The position numbers and the translations under genes are program-made. 64,000 nt of DNA from Obrimoposthia wandeli (taxonomy: Eukaryota), in contig CDROCS010001491.1 in the NCBI GenBank assembly GCA_977020255.1, positions 1,612,001-1,676,000 of the forward strand, in the 5' to 3' direction. Every line of letters starts with the position of its first letter. The first letter of the stretch is position 1. Positions 22,601-37,600 of this stretch are shown here, piece by piece. The notes beneath the pieces were generated by a model. The model saw only the letters and a list, made by a program, of their open reading frames with translations, searched no databases and had not been told where the DNA came from.

Positions 22601-25600
22601 TTAAAGAAATGTTTATTTATATAATTTGAGTATTAACTTTATTCGATTTACACTATAAATATTCGAAAATATCTTTAACACATTAAAAATAATCATAACT
22701 TCATGTTATTCAAAGTTTACTAGTTAAAGAAATGTTTATTTATATAATTTGAGTATTAACATTATTCGATTTACACTATAAATATTCAAAATATCTTTAA
22801 CACATTAAAAAAAATAACTTCAATTTTTAAAATTTGTATCAAATATTGAAAATTCATTTGAAAACACATGTTTTTCGTCTATAAATTCGAATATAAAATC
22901 TTTAATTATATTGTTTTATATGTAAATAAATTAAAATATGTACATATTCGATTATGAATTAAGACTAATTGTATGAATTAATACAAGTGTAAATGTAAAT
23001 AAAGGCAATTACAATTAACAATGAATGCAGGGTCAAGTACAAGTAAGAAAGAATACGAATACAATTATGAATGAATATGAATGCAAAAACAAATGTACAA
23101 GTACATGAATGAATATTAGTAAAAATATCAATGCATTTGACTTATAGTTTGAATAATGAGAGTTAGATTGAAAGTGAATGAATACAAGTATACATTCAAG
23201 TGAATGCAAATACGAGTAAGAGTTTCAGCAAGTAAATATAAAACTATGAATGAGTGACAGTATAAGTGATTGAAAATAAGAGTGTCGAGACTATGATTGA
23301 ATGAGAGTGTAATTTATACTATAAGTAAATTAAAATAGAGTTTTCGTATGAATAAAGTTATGTTAAGTTACAGTTAGATTAATAACAAGTAAGCAACTAT
23401 AGGAAGCAGTGATATTGAGTATGTTAAAAATTAGAACGACTAAGTTATGGCAAGATTAATAGAAAACAACACCAAGTTTGAAGGTATGAATGAAAATTAG
23501 TAAAATATTAATGTATTTGAATGTAATTGAAAGATAGTTTGAATAAATTACAGTTAGATTGAATGTAAATGAATGCAAGTATGATTGAATGCAGGGTCAA
23601 GTACAAGTAAGAAAGAGTACTATTGCAAGTACGAATGTCAAGTATGAATGAATATTAATAAAAATATCAATGAATTTGAGTTATAATTTGAATAAATGAG
23701 AGTTAGAATGAATGTAAATGAATACAGGTATGAATGCAAGTGAATACAAGTATGAATGCAAATACAAGTAAGAATCTTTGCAAGTGAATCTAAAACTGCA
23801 AGTGAGTACTAGCTAATTATTAAATTAATACTATCAATTAATTAAGATGTGAACTTTCATATTTTCACATAGTTTACCTCCAAGTTAAAGTTAATCTTTC
23901 ATATACATATTCATGCAATTAAATAATTAAAATGTCTTATCTCGTTTGATAAAATTCCTTAATTGAAATATTTTAAAATAATTAGTTAAATTTAAATTCT
24001 TTATTTTAAAATAACTTGATTATACAATTATATTCGGAAATATAATTGAAATTATCATTATTCTCTTTTTAACTATTCGAAACTGTATTTATATATACAA
24101 ATTTAGTAAATTAACTCAACAAACAATTTTTTTTTTAATTACTTGATATTTTTGCCATTGTCTTATTAATATAATATGAATATTCAATTTATTTCTTCAA
24201 AAATTCATTTTATATGTTAAATAATATTTCTTTATCACGTTATTGTGGTATTTTATCAAGTGATTTTAACCTTAAACTATAAAAATATTTTAATTATAAA
24301 GTTAGTAGCTGTACCTCACCGACTGCATATAATATAAATTTCAAATATAAAGTACTATTAAATGTATTCTTTTAAATAGTAAATGTTTTTTCGAGTTATT
24401 TAATTTTGTTTACTAGACATTCGAAAATTGACTTGTAAACATAATATAATTTTGCAAGAAACACCAGGCTCAAGTTTCTCATTGAGTTTTTGATGAGAAT
24501 TAATGTAATCTATTCAAACATGTACAATTTTTTTAACAGTTTGTGTTTTTATTGTAAATAAATACTCTGAACATGAGTACTTTCATTTCATTTTATTAAT
24601 TAAATGCTGTTTTTTGCATAAGACAATTAAATTATTGCACAGGGGTGCCTCCAGCCAGTGGAATGTTTCCATGGGGTTCCGCTCAAGCAAAAAGGTTGAA
24701 AAGCACTGATCTAAATGATCATACTGATGAACTTTTAAAAATATATGAAGCAACAGGTCTTACAGAAATTTTAAAATATCAAACACATTTGAAGCTAATT
24801 GAGCATATAGTTTTCTTTCCTGGGTACAGGGGTTTTGGATTATGGAGTGAGTAAGCTGGAGAATCCATTCATTTTGAATTTCTCAAGTATTTGGATTAGA
24901 TACCAGATAAATCTCCTGGATGTCCCAAAATATGGTGAGAAGCTCCAGAAAGCTGTCACAGAGTTTTCATCTCGGCATCTGTAATATTGACATCATGTCC
25001 TTTTACAATTTAGAATGGTATTTGATTTAAAAAATATGTTCATGGAATATTGTGTTATATTTTAATTAGAATTAATTGCATATTATTAACCTATAATTAT
25101 TAGCCTATTCAATTGGAAATTATGTGCTAACCCACTTTGTACTGAAACCTTTCTGTAGTTCAAAAATGTGGAATTTACACCATTGTCACCCAACAAAAAT
25201 CCAATGCTTTCTGTAACTATTTTACAATTTTCCACGTTTATGGCTTCATTCCCATTCTTCACTTTTAAATTAGTTTCTAAATGAATGGGATATTTTTGTC
25301 ATATTATTAAATTATAATTACAATAAATAAATTCGCTAAACTATATTTTATAATGTAATAACTTGGTTAATTTAAAAAGTCGATTTCTGAAAGTGATTTA
25401 AAGGTTAGCCGAACCATTTATATCATTAATACCTTTTAATACATTATATAATTAGTTCGAATATACCATTTCATTGTGTTAAGAAAATCCTCCCAATATA
25501 CAAAGTTTAGTTCTTAAAGTTCGATCTTAGGCAAATATAAAAATTGCACAACCAGTGTTTAACAATGGTGGATCACAATATTTATTGAACGTTTCAGTAA

Positions 25601-28600
25601 CTATTTATTGGAAATTCGTATTGCTTATAATTGTCAATAGTTGAGATAATATAAAGTATTCCGCACATTGCCGCTTCCAGGTCGTCATTACGGTGTTTTC
25701 TCGTGCGAAGGTTGTAAGGGCTTTTTCAAGCGGTCGATACGTGGTGGCAGCCAGTACAAGTGTCGTGGCAAGAATGACTGTGTCATCACCAAGAACTTTA
25801 GAAATCGTTGCCAGTACTGCCGACTCCAGAAATGCCTTCAGGTACATCTTATGAGTTCCTCTAATGTGGGCAATTTTATGCTAATATTACAACCCCTCAC
25901 ATGTTGGAACTCTATTGACTTCTAAAGAAACCATTTGCGTTTCTCATAAATGTAATTAGATTGATTTGTTTACAAAAATTGTTTGATATGCTAACTGACC
26001 ATTTTTTATGAAACACAGTTATTTAACATATTTTTTATTAGAAATTAACAAGGGAATTACATATGTACAAAGTACTCTCAAAAATAATTGTCTGGAATAA
26101 CATTTAAATATTTCATTCCAAAACGCATGCTAAGATTTTTAAAAATATTATTATTATTATTATATAGTTTAAATTAAAAATCAAGCTTCGAATTTTATTA
26201 AATTAATACAAATTGAATTATGCAAAAATTTATATTGTACATTTTTTTTTTAAATAAATGACTTTAACTAATATTTAGCCGTATTCCAATCAATACCACA
26301 AATTACAAACAAAAAGAAATGATGAGTTCCACGACTTTGTACATAGCGTAGCGCTGGTGACATTAAAATAAAAAAAACAATATATTTCATTCGTTGAAAT
26401 AAGAAATCATCGTAATTAGCTGAAAACTTGACAAATAGTTTGTGTTCATCTTGCCACTTACAGACATGTTTCAATCTTGTTAGACCTCATCAGACATGCT
26501 TATTAATCTGAAATTAGTCTATATTAAACAAATTTACCATAAAAGTTTGAAAATATAATTAATTTTACAAAATTGTGACAAACGAAATGTTAAATGTCTT
26601 TGTTCATTATCTAAAGCCTGCGACATAAAATATGGAGGCACATTTTATTTATAATGACAAATAATAACTCACAAATTATGGCTGCAAATGATTATAATTA
26701 CAAAGCATATTCATAATTTTTTTAAAATTAAACTTGGATATTTTAAAATTAAGAACAATGTTAAAATATTACTTTCCAAAATTCGATGGTTGCAATTCAT
26801 TATGGCCAAAGATAAACAATTTAATCTTAATGTCACTAACGCTGTGCTATGTACAAAGTCGTGAAACTTATCATACACTCAATGTTTCCCTTTGTTTGTA
26901 ATTTATGGTTTTGATTGGAGAATAGTTAAATATTAGTTAAAGTAATTTATTTTCTTAAATTGTTTTCAATATAAATTTTCACGTAATTCAATCCTTTCTA
27001 ATATTGTTTAAATGGTACGTAATGTTACTTAGGGTTTCACAAATTAGTTAAAACAATGTTAAAATTAAAAAGAATTATCGAAATTTCTCAATATCTTTAA
27101 TTAAATGATTGTCAAGTTTTTAGATCCAAGCTCAATTTAGTATGCATGTTTCCGGTGGAGTTCATATTCATGTGGTAAATTATTAGAAATATGAAGAAAA
27201 ATTATGCAACCAGTTTTTAAATGCTAATCTTGATTTGAAGCACTTGTATTTAACTTTGTCAGTTATAATATTACATAGGAACCATTTCCTACGTAAAAAA
27301 GACAGTTATGTTTAGCGACTTTGGTAGAACTACAACATGATACATTGAAATGTGAATACTTATTCATAGTCATTTAATAATTTAATAATTTATGTTTTTA
27401 AATGGGTAAACATGCAAAGTTGCCTTAAATGGAATACAGATACACGTTGATTACTGATTGAGAATAACCTCACTGGCGTTTGTGTTGCTGCAGGAGGGAA
27501 TGCGCGTAGAGTTTGTACAAAGTGAACGCAAGTCGTACCGGGCAGCATTGTACAACTTCGAGACGATCGATAATGCAGTCGGCTCAAAGCAGCGTCCCTT
27601 CCTGGTCATCAAGCCTCGAGTGGATGCCGGGGGGTTCCCTAGCTCAAATGTAGATGACAACGAAGACGATATTGACTTCCATGAGTGAGTTGACTTGTCT
27701 ACCACATGGGCGTTAATAATAATATATATAAACTCCAAAGACGTAAGGGAAGAATAAACAACCGTCCCGAGAAACGTAACTGGAGAAATATGTAAACACA
27801 ATAGACTAGGTAGGATGTGGTAATGTTGTGTGCTACCGTGTTACCTGTAAGACCTTTTCCATACTTTTGTCTGTGGATTTAAAAGTTAGTTCATGGTTTG
27901 AAACTTCGAATGTTGGCTTCTTGATCATAAAATTATCATTACAGATTCCAAAACTAAAAGCTTCAGATACGAGTTTTAGTGACTTTTTTGGTTGATTTGA
28001 TGTTATATATATATTATTGTTGTTTCATATCTAATTTTCTGCTACATGCTTTTCAGATGTATTACTAATAAACCTAACAGTATCATTCATAAAAAAATCC
28101 AGTCTTATAAATGCGTAATAATGAACTCATATGATTTAATGTAAGTAGGTGGATGTGTCCGGTCTAATCCACACCCCCCTTGTCCTTTAAAACCGCGCAT
28201 GTGTGTAGTGAAATTTCGTGTAGGTGTGTGGAGTGAAATTTCACTCCACACACATGCACGATTTTAAAGGACAAGGGGGGGAGAGGGGGTGTGGATTAAA
28301 CCGGACACATCCACCTACTAATGTATACATCCTATTATAGAAAAGTAGTTTTAAATGACCTTATATTCATTATTGAACAAACATATTCCGCAAATGCATT
28401 GTTTCACCAGATCGTTTTTATTATATTTGTGGCAAATTTACCTTTTCTGATCAAATACAGAATATGACAACAAAAATGTTAAAAAAGGATACAATGCATA
28501 TTTTAATTGCATTTTGGGTGACCTACAATGTATGGTCACATATTGTTTGCAAGCCTCGTAAAGAAATATTGCAACAGTGAGACAATGTAAATATCTTGAA

Positions 28601-31600
28601 ATGCCATTTAGCATTCCTATAATCCTGTGAGAGCCCCACAACCACGATGATGATTGCTATTTATGTATTAAAAATATAAAATAGATTGAATAAAAGAAAC
28701 GAAAGCAGTATTGTGTATCATAATTTGGACTCTGCTATGCCTCTGGTACCATAGCAGGGAAGTTCCTGCTCCCATTTCTTGTACTCATCAACAGCCGACC
28801 AGTGATACAAATATAATTTCAGAATCAGAATCTCACAACCATAATCAGTAATTTTGGTTAATGATGAAAAACCAATGCTGATGAACCAAGTAAATTAAAT
28901 AAGTGGGTAAGAGATCTATATCTCATAAAAAGTCATCGGAGCTCTTTGATTCAAAACTTCGAATTTCCTACAACAAGACAGATTTCTTGCCATCGTAATC
29001 GTGTCGAGGAGTTGCTGGAGTACATTTCAACTCCGGGTGCCTTAGTGTAATAAAACAATTTTGTGGGATTGGCAAATAAGGTGGTTGTTGATTATGTTGC
29101 CAGTGATTGGAGATTGTTTCTGGATTCATCCAAGCATAGTTTAAAAGTTGTTATACTGCATAATGGCAATACAATAAAGTCCTTACCAATCGTCCATTAC
29201 CTTATAACGAAACAACCATATTCTAACAATTTAATTTATATTAAAAAGACGAGATATTTGAAAACAAAACTTTAACAGACAATCAAAATGAAAATATGTT
29301 ACTATAATAGGTTTGTATATAAATAATTTACGTATTTTGTGAGAAAAATAGATGGGATACATATTTTAGTTTGGTTTTATTCGAATCGGTATAAAAATAG
29401 GTTAAGATACTCATTCCTTAAAAAACACAGCAGAAAAAATTCGATTTTGTTCACTGTTATGTTAATTATGCTTTTATAACAATGGTTGTGCCTATGACTT
29501 GCCTAGTTCTACTGGTTTGCTCATTTATTGTATGAACAAGTTTATTATATTGCAATGAAAGTTTATTATATTGCTTTATTGTATGTGAAACTTTGTAATA
29601 CATATTTATTGTCTAATGTCTGAGTGCTCTACCATATACGCATATTACTTTTATTTTTCAACATAAAGGTTTAAATATAAAGGAAAACTAATGTTAAGTA
29701 ATGATACAGGATTTTAAGTGATAATATCACACTCAACAATGCATAACAAATCAATTTGTTTAAAATCAAATAACTGTCGTATAGAAATCGACTTGCGTTT
29801 AGCTGCTATGTATACACATATCAGAGAGTCCCAGTTCGTGGCGGCAGACCTCACTGACACGGTGCATCAGGCAGTGGCTCCCCAGACCACTGCAACGCCT
29901 CCCTTGCTAGTCACTGAGCCCGTAAAACTGGAGACCAGTCTGCTCGATGACAAGCCAACCTCTGCTCCGTGCTCCCCGTCCCCAGAGCCGCATAATGTAC
30001 CAGTGTCACTACCCTCATTGTGCCTTCATCCAGCCAACATGCAGCTGGTCATTGAGCCAATCCCTGCTCCAGACAGCGTTACACTGGCCTTCATCAATGA
30101 CACCAGCTACAAGGTTCTCTTCCGCGTCATGGAATGGCTCGGGGGACTTTCGGTATTCGGAGATCTCAGGTGAGGCTATGTTGTAATTAAAACTAAAATC
30201 GACTACTTTCAAATGTAAATAGTTGATGAATATTTTAAATTTAATATAATTTGATGTTAACTTAAATCTATATTTACTTTTATTGTAATTAATAATATGT
30301 TAAAATTAAGTTTTGCATTATGACTTTTTCCGACTAATTTACACTAGTAACAAAATCAGTTTTTAAATATGTTAATATAATTATATTTAAACAAAATTTG
30401 CCTTATTCGCTTATCTGTGTTTTTTTATTGAAATATGGATGTCGTGAGGGTTTATGAATATTATTATGTTCTTTTAATGTTTTTTAATATCTAGTTCTTT
30501 CATTTTTTAGACAATTTGATGTAAAGTTTTGAAAATTGAATGTGTGTAAAGAAATAATACAATAAACAAAATTTTTAAATGTGATTAATGTGATTTTTAA
30601 ATGTTTAACTTAGGATAAACACGATTTTAAAAGATTAAAAAATGATAAAATGATAATTTCTAATATAATCATTTTTATCACAATTAACAATGTTTGAATA
30701 GTTTTAGATAAAATAATAAATCGTATTGTTTACCAAACTATTTCTTTAATACCTAAAGCATTATATGATTTGGATGAATCTTGGTCTAGAATAGTGTGTT
30801 AATATTTCTAAACAAATGAATCCTAATGTCTACGCATTTTTTTGGTCTTACTCACAATGTCAGTCTCATCTTCATTTGCTCATAGGAGCTTCAGTGGTCT
30901 GAAAAGACTAAAGACTTACCTTACAGCCCTGGCCCTGGTGCATATATATCGTGGAGCATCCATCTACTTCTAAAACATTTGATGCCAGGGGACACAGACA
31001 CATTGAAACCTAAGTGAGAACTATTTTTCGCTACAATATTTTTGTTTTTTTCATTTTAAGATTTTTCTTTATGTAATTTTAAAAAAATTCAAACATTTAC
31101 ATACTACGTTAGAATTGTTTTTTAAATTTGAAATAATTTCCTAACTGAAAAGGCTAACCTTTATTTTATGGCATGTACAATTTTATTTATTGGAAGTTAT
31201 TTTTATGTGTTTCCCCTTAGGTTAAATATATGGGTCCTCCTATTAATAAGATAAAATAAATATAGATAAGCTAGATTTTGCTGATAAATCAATTTTGTAG
31301 CATTTTGATTTCAAAACATCAAATTAATCATTGTTATTCAATTTTTCAATTTTTCAATCCACATTTTTATGTATTATAGACCCTCTTAGACCCACTTCTC
31401 CTTGTTTATTCACTGGGTTAGTGGTAGATAAGCGTCCTAATTGACTTCTTCTTCTTTCTCAGTTTCGAGTGCCAGTTTTGCCTGATCGGAAAATGTTGGA
31501 TCGGCCTGGTGGTGCTTGCCATGGTGGAGCTGGGACCGCACATGCATCTGGAGCTCATTCTTTCTTCCCTGTCACAGCACGTCTCCCGCCATGAGTCACA

Positions 31601-34600
31601 AAGTAAGAGCTACATTAAACAATGACAAGCTCATGCTTTTGTAGGTTTCGAAATTCGTATTTATCTTCTCGGTCGAGTGATATTTAATGTGATTTGGTCA
31701 TAACCATTAGTTAGCGCTATTTCTAGTAAATCATTATGCTTAGTAGCTATACACACTAAGGTGTCATAAAAGTAGTAAATACATGTACATTACCGGTAAT
31801 TCAGGCCATAACAATTAAATTAAAAAATACGTATAAAATATATATGCGTGGCATTATTGAGCCGAAATTTGAGTTGGAAAATTTAATTTCAAACCCGGCT
31901 TTTATGGGAAGAACAATCATCAGAGTACACATTATGTATAGGACAAACCTACATATAAAATCTTTTTCTATGTGTATTAAATTAGTGAAACGCCTACAAA
32001 ATTTGAATAAATGAGTTTCTGTACATTTTCTAACTTTATTTAATTATCAATTAACAATTATCTTTAATGAAACAATTTGGTTATCAATAAAACATGTGAG
32101 GGGTTGTAATATTAGCATAAAATTGCCCACATTAGAGGAACTCATAAGATGTACCTGAAGGCATTTCTGGAGTCGGCAGTACTGGCAACGATTTCTGGAG
32201 TTCTTGGTGATGACACAGTCATTCTTGCCACGACACTTGTACTGGCTGCCACCACGTATCGACCGCTTGAAAAAGCCCTTACAACCTTCGCACCAGAAAA
32301 CACCGTAATGACGACCTGGAAGCGGCAATGTGCGGCATACTTTATATTATCTCAACTATTATAAGTAATACGAATCTCCAATAGATAGTTAGTGAAACGC
32401 TCAATAAATATTTTGATCCACCATTGTTAAACACTGGTTGTGCCATTTTTATATTTGCCTAAGATCGAACTTTAGGAACAAAATTTTGCATATTGGGAGG
32501 ATTTTCTTAACACAAGAAAATGGTATATTCAAACTAATTATATAATGTATTAAAAGGTATTAAATATATAAATGGTTCGGCTAACGTTTATATCACATAA
32601 AGGAAAACAAAAAAGTAATTCTAAATTTTACTTTTATAATTCTCCAAAATAACTAATCTTAACTAGTCTCAATAACAACATTAACAGCTGTATTCCTCAA
32701 AGCAAGGTTATGTTGCCAATATGGTGGGATTACAAGGGAATTGCGTATTTTGAGCTTCTGATGCATAACATAAGAATCGACTCTAGTGTATACTGTCAGA
32801 AACTAACTGAATTAAACGATTCTTTGCAGTAAATACGTACAGAATTGTTATATGGTAGATGTAATGTGTTCCTTTGGGTCACTCAGACAAATATACAGGA
32901 GCTTGGCTGGGATGTTTTGCCACATCTACCATATAGCAACTATTATCTGTTTCGCTCTCTGCAAAACTCATTGTATAAGAAAACATTTCTCAAATGTCAG
33001 TATCAAAACTTACCGTGAAAATTTTATTGCTGAAAAATACCAGAAGGTTTATGAGACGGGGATCATGAAATTGTTGGAAAGATGCCAACAGATTATCGAA
33101 CAAAATGGCTTATATTCCATATTAAAGTATTTTTCTTTGTATAAAAAAGTATTTTTATTTCGTAATAAAAACGAAAATATAATTTTTTGTTGAACTGATA
33201 CAATGTTTCTGTTCTCGAATATAAGGTGTGTAAAAGAAGAATTTTTTAAAAGCCTTACCAAATTCGTCAAATTTTCATTTTCAATACAACCTCATGATAT
33301 TATAAGAATCTATATATTAAACTTTAATTCCCAATCTATGCGTCGCGACACACTAGTGTGTCGCCAAGCATATATAAGTGTGTCGCGAAAATTTTTAAAT
33401 TGCTATATGATTTCAAATTTGGAATTATTTTCGAATTATGAATTGTAATTTTCAAATTGTGAATTATCATTTTCCAATTGAGAACTATTTGAAAATTGAG
33501 AATATTATCATTTTTAAATTTGAAAACTCTCATTTAAATATAGAAAAGGAAATGAGAGTATGCTTGTCAGTAATACGTCCCAGAATTGAACGTTTGTGTG
33601 CAGAAAAACAAGCACATATTTCGCATTAATTGATTTTTAAACGTACGTATTACATTTTGTTATTCAGAATGATTTTGTTATTTAATTTTAGGTTATTCGG
33701 ACAGTGGTTGCATTTTTTTTTGGTGAGGAGGGAGAAAAAGAAACTCTTTTATGGAAACTGTAAAACTTTATCGATTTTGTTACAAATATTATTAAAGCGA
33801 ATAATAAAGTGACGAATTATTTAATAATCCATTTTTTATTTATTTAGCATTTATATCCATTTGTAACTGGTTTAGTTTCTTAAAATTTTAAATTTGATGT
33901 GTCGCGACATTAAGCGAAAAAAAAAAGTGTGTCGTTATTAAAAAAAGATTGGGAAACACTGTATTAAAGTAAAATATAATTTTTTTAAAATTATCAACAA
34001 GTGTAATCTACTCTATTTTATTGTTACTGATCAATTATGGAATTTGTACATCTAATTAATTGAAAATACTACAGAATTCTTTAGTTGTGGAAACACATTT
34101 AATGCGAACATATGAAACGTGTAAAATAAAGGACCATCATGTGAAATAGTGATGTTGACTGTTATACATGAGATTTAGAGAAAATTACAATCACATTTTC
34201 ATTCAAGTATAAGACAATTCAGTACTGTTCACAATTAAACCTTTCTCGCAGAATTGGCCGGTGCAGACAGTCTCCTACTGGAGATCCGGAAACTCGATGG
34301 GGTCAGAAAAATCCTCTCACAATCTCCGCTGTCCGGCATTGACTTTGCCTATCTGCGTTGCTTTTTATTATGCACCGAAGGTAACTGGCATAGTTGCCGC
34401 TATTGCGATTATTTTACTCACAAACAAACCACTCGAACTTCTGTAAAAGTGAGAGAGATCATCTATATAAGAGTTCTAGTGCTGGATCCAGGAAGTGTGT
34501 CATAAAGTTGTATTACGCGTCTAAGGTTTTAAACATTTCACATTTTAATATAAAATTTAAAAGTTATTGACTGAATCATCAATAAAAAATTAAACTGCGT

Positions 34601-37600
34601 CTTTTAGATATTGGCTGGTCAAACTACATAAATACTGTAAACCTATATATTGCTATCACGCATGGAAATATTTAAACTTACATTGTTCTTGTTTCGTGGT
34701 TCTTGGTGTTTACATAGTCTGTCGTTTTGAATGCAAAAAAGGAAATAGTTGATTTCATAATTAGAGAAAACTACAGTGAGTCTGAAAAGTCCTTGGAACA
34801 TATAGATAAACGAATTAATGAATAAGCCAGTAATTAGATGTGAATCTGTCATTTATTTTAATTTTAAACTGCTTAGTTGTGAATTTCGGTGAATTTTTAG
34901 GTGATTGCGAAAAAGGTTTGCATAATTTGTTGGATGATTTTAATCAAAATTCTGACGAGATTAGCTAAAATGTTGAGAGACTGGGTTCTTGTCAGTAGTA
35001 CACTTTACTTTATGAAAGTCATTTTTCTTGAAACTGGTTCAGTAACCAACTATCATCGTAGATCGGCAAAACCAGTAACTACCAGTTGGTGACAAAAATG
35101 TGTTGACGATAAAACTGTACACTCTGTGTAACTTACTAAAAAGTGAAAACTTTTTAAAATAGCTATTTTTAGTTGATTTTAAAGCCCGATGAAACGGATT
35201 TAAAATTATCAAGTATGTAAAACATTTATTTGATAAATTTTTAGCAAACATTCTCATTTTAACAGACTCTTGGAAGACTGTTAAAATCACTGAATTTCTC
35301 CAAAATTTCTATTTTAATTTTCTTAACACTTATTTTTGTTTTATAGTCCCAGAATAAAAGGTCGTCAAATCTAGTCATCAAAATCTGTCGTAAAAAGTGT
35401 TGAATTTTGAATTTAATTTTGAATTTAAATTGTTTTTAATATTTAAAATCAATCTATTAAACTATAAATCCATCTATTAAAATTCTAAAATTTAGTGTTC
35501 TTACTCTGTGTTTAATTGGATTTTAATTTTAAAATGTTTTGTAAGTGTGCGTGCAATTTTATTTTACCTGTTTTTCCACCTAGTGATTTTTTTTGTACCT
35601 ACTAACAGGTTTGAGATTATATTTTGGACCAATTGCCGGATGACTTATTGTACAGTAAGTTAGAGTATTATGCCGTAATTTATCTAGTAACTTTCTAGAT
35701 TCAATTTAGTAAGTTACAACGAGTGTAATAAACCAAGAACCAAACAACGTCAATGAGAAAATTGTCAAATGAAGTGAGAGTGTCAAAGTGGGATTGCTGC
35801 TCATCTTTATAAACAGATGTACTCTAGAACTCCACGATGGTGACGAAGACCAAAGAGAGCAGTTCGGTCAGATTATGAAAGAAAAGTTAAAAAACTGACT
35901 TCATGCATCTCTTGGGTCGGGCACAGTGAATTCGACGAAACCATTAATACGCAAGCATTATCAATTAAGTAAGCAAGCCAAAGGTTTCTCCCTGTTTCAA
36001 TAGCATATATGGAGAGACATTGTTTTTTTACCGAGATTGAGCAGCAGTTCATCATCCCCGCTATGAAAGAAATATGTTTGACATAAATCCTGCAAACATA
36101 ATAATTGAACGATCTGAAACCATAGAATAGCTGGTGCGTGCAGAAGACTTAACCGTATGATATTTCCCCTTTGTAATCTAACAAACTGAAAACTTTTAGT
36201 CAAAAATTTCATTAAGAAACATCGTTTGAATTTAAATATCAAATGCACTGAAAAAACATTTCGACAATTGGTAAAACGCCTAGACAAGTGTATTGCTAAC
36301 AATGTGATCAGTTTGAAGAATTCTTTTTGTATAGCGACTGTACTTCGAGCAGAAAAAAAATCTGATTTATTATTTTTCCGGATCGGTTTTTCTCAGGTAT
36401 TAAGGCTATAACAAAAGTTTACAAAATTAAACGTTGCTTTCTTGTTGAAACTTTATATATTTCGTTGCTAAAGTTTAACATTTATTTTCATGTCAGTTTG
36501 TTTCTATGTAATTTTTCTTCTTAAGTTCATTTACATTAATCAAGTAAATAAGCGGTTTTTGTAAATAAATACTTCATTTTCAAGTCAAATTTAATGATAA
36601 CTTGATTAATAATATCACAAATAATGCAGATTACAGAGGTAATATAAACTTTCTTATGTCTTAACTTCAATGAAAAATATTTTGCAGGTTTAAAATAATA
36701 TTTATGTAGCAAAATTTACACAGCGCTAGATGAAAATTTCTCCTCTAATGAAAAGAAGTTTTAGGCATAGTTAACTAAAATCGACCATCTTGATTACGAA
36801 AAATATGATAATTTTGATTTTATGTCATAAAAAACATGTTTAATAATTTTATTTTAATTTAATTAACTTCACACCATAATTTGTCAAACATCTCAATATC
36901 GGACATAGATACTGAAAAAATATTTTGTAAAATGATATTACAGATGCAGATTATGAAATTCAGATGTCATGAGAACCTTTTTCATTAAGTCAGAGTCAGT
37001 TAATGACTTAGTAAGAGATTTCTGTGTTTCTAAATAGCGAGGTGAATTATTTGACTAACGTTTGCAACAATGGAATCTATTAGAAACTAATGAAAGCATT
37101 AATAATTAATTGTTATAACTAAATATTCTGTTTTACATATGTTAAAATGTTATTTTGCGTATAAACATGTGTTTTCTAAATAAGCATGTCGACATGTAGA
37201 TGTCTCAAAATCGTGAGGAGAAACATTTAAAAAATAAACTAACACATTTAGATTAGAAATTTAAAATTTTGTTAAAGATAAATAAAAACGTAAAATTTAG
37301 TCGGTAGTGGAAATGTCCACAAATTACGACTCTAAACACAAACTTAAAGTTTCATAAATTTGTATTTGCAATATAAAATTTTTTCAAAAGTTTCTAAAAA
37401 AATTCTAAGGTGAAAATAAATAATGAACTAAAATATTGATAGCTATTTCTGAGAGAATGATTTTATGTAATTCACAAATAGACGATATTCGTTCAAGATT
37501 TTCCTTAATCTTGCAGTAATATAATAAAACGCCATGTCTCTAAGTTAGCGCTGATTGACAGGCAACGAGAAAGAGATGAGTACAAAGAACGTGGAGTCCA

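Noticed and set aside
22328-22821. 123-bp repeat as a coding or CRISPR-like structure
   Set aside because: No spacers and no ORF; an ordinary AT-rich minisatellite.
24640-24709. 70-bp CAGGGGTG...AAAAGCACTG segment as a hAT mini-element
   Set aside because: Ends are only loosely complementary and there is no 8-bp TSD; at most a decayed hAT end.
25605-25847. Antisense [15 protein letters not shown]... and its twin at 32149-32364
   Set aside because: Reverse-frame shadows of the DBD exon and of its inverted copy.
33049-33812. Cluster of short Phe/Ile/Lys-rich ORFs (also 41009-41495, 43763-44033, 44322-45002 minus)
   Set aside because: Expected by chance in ~75% AT DNA or antisense to Gypsy; no motifs or splice support.
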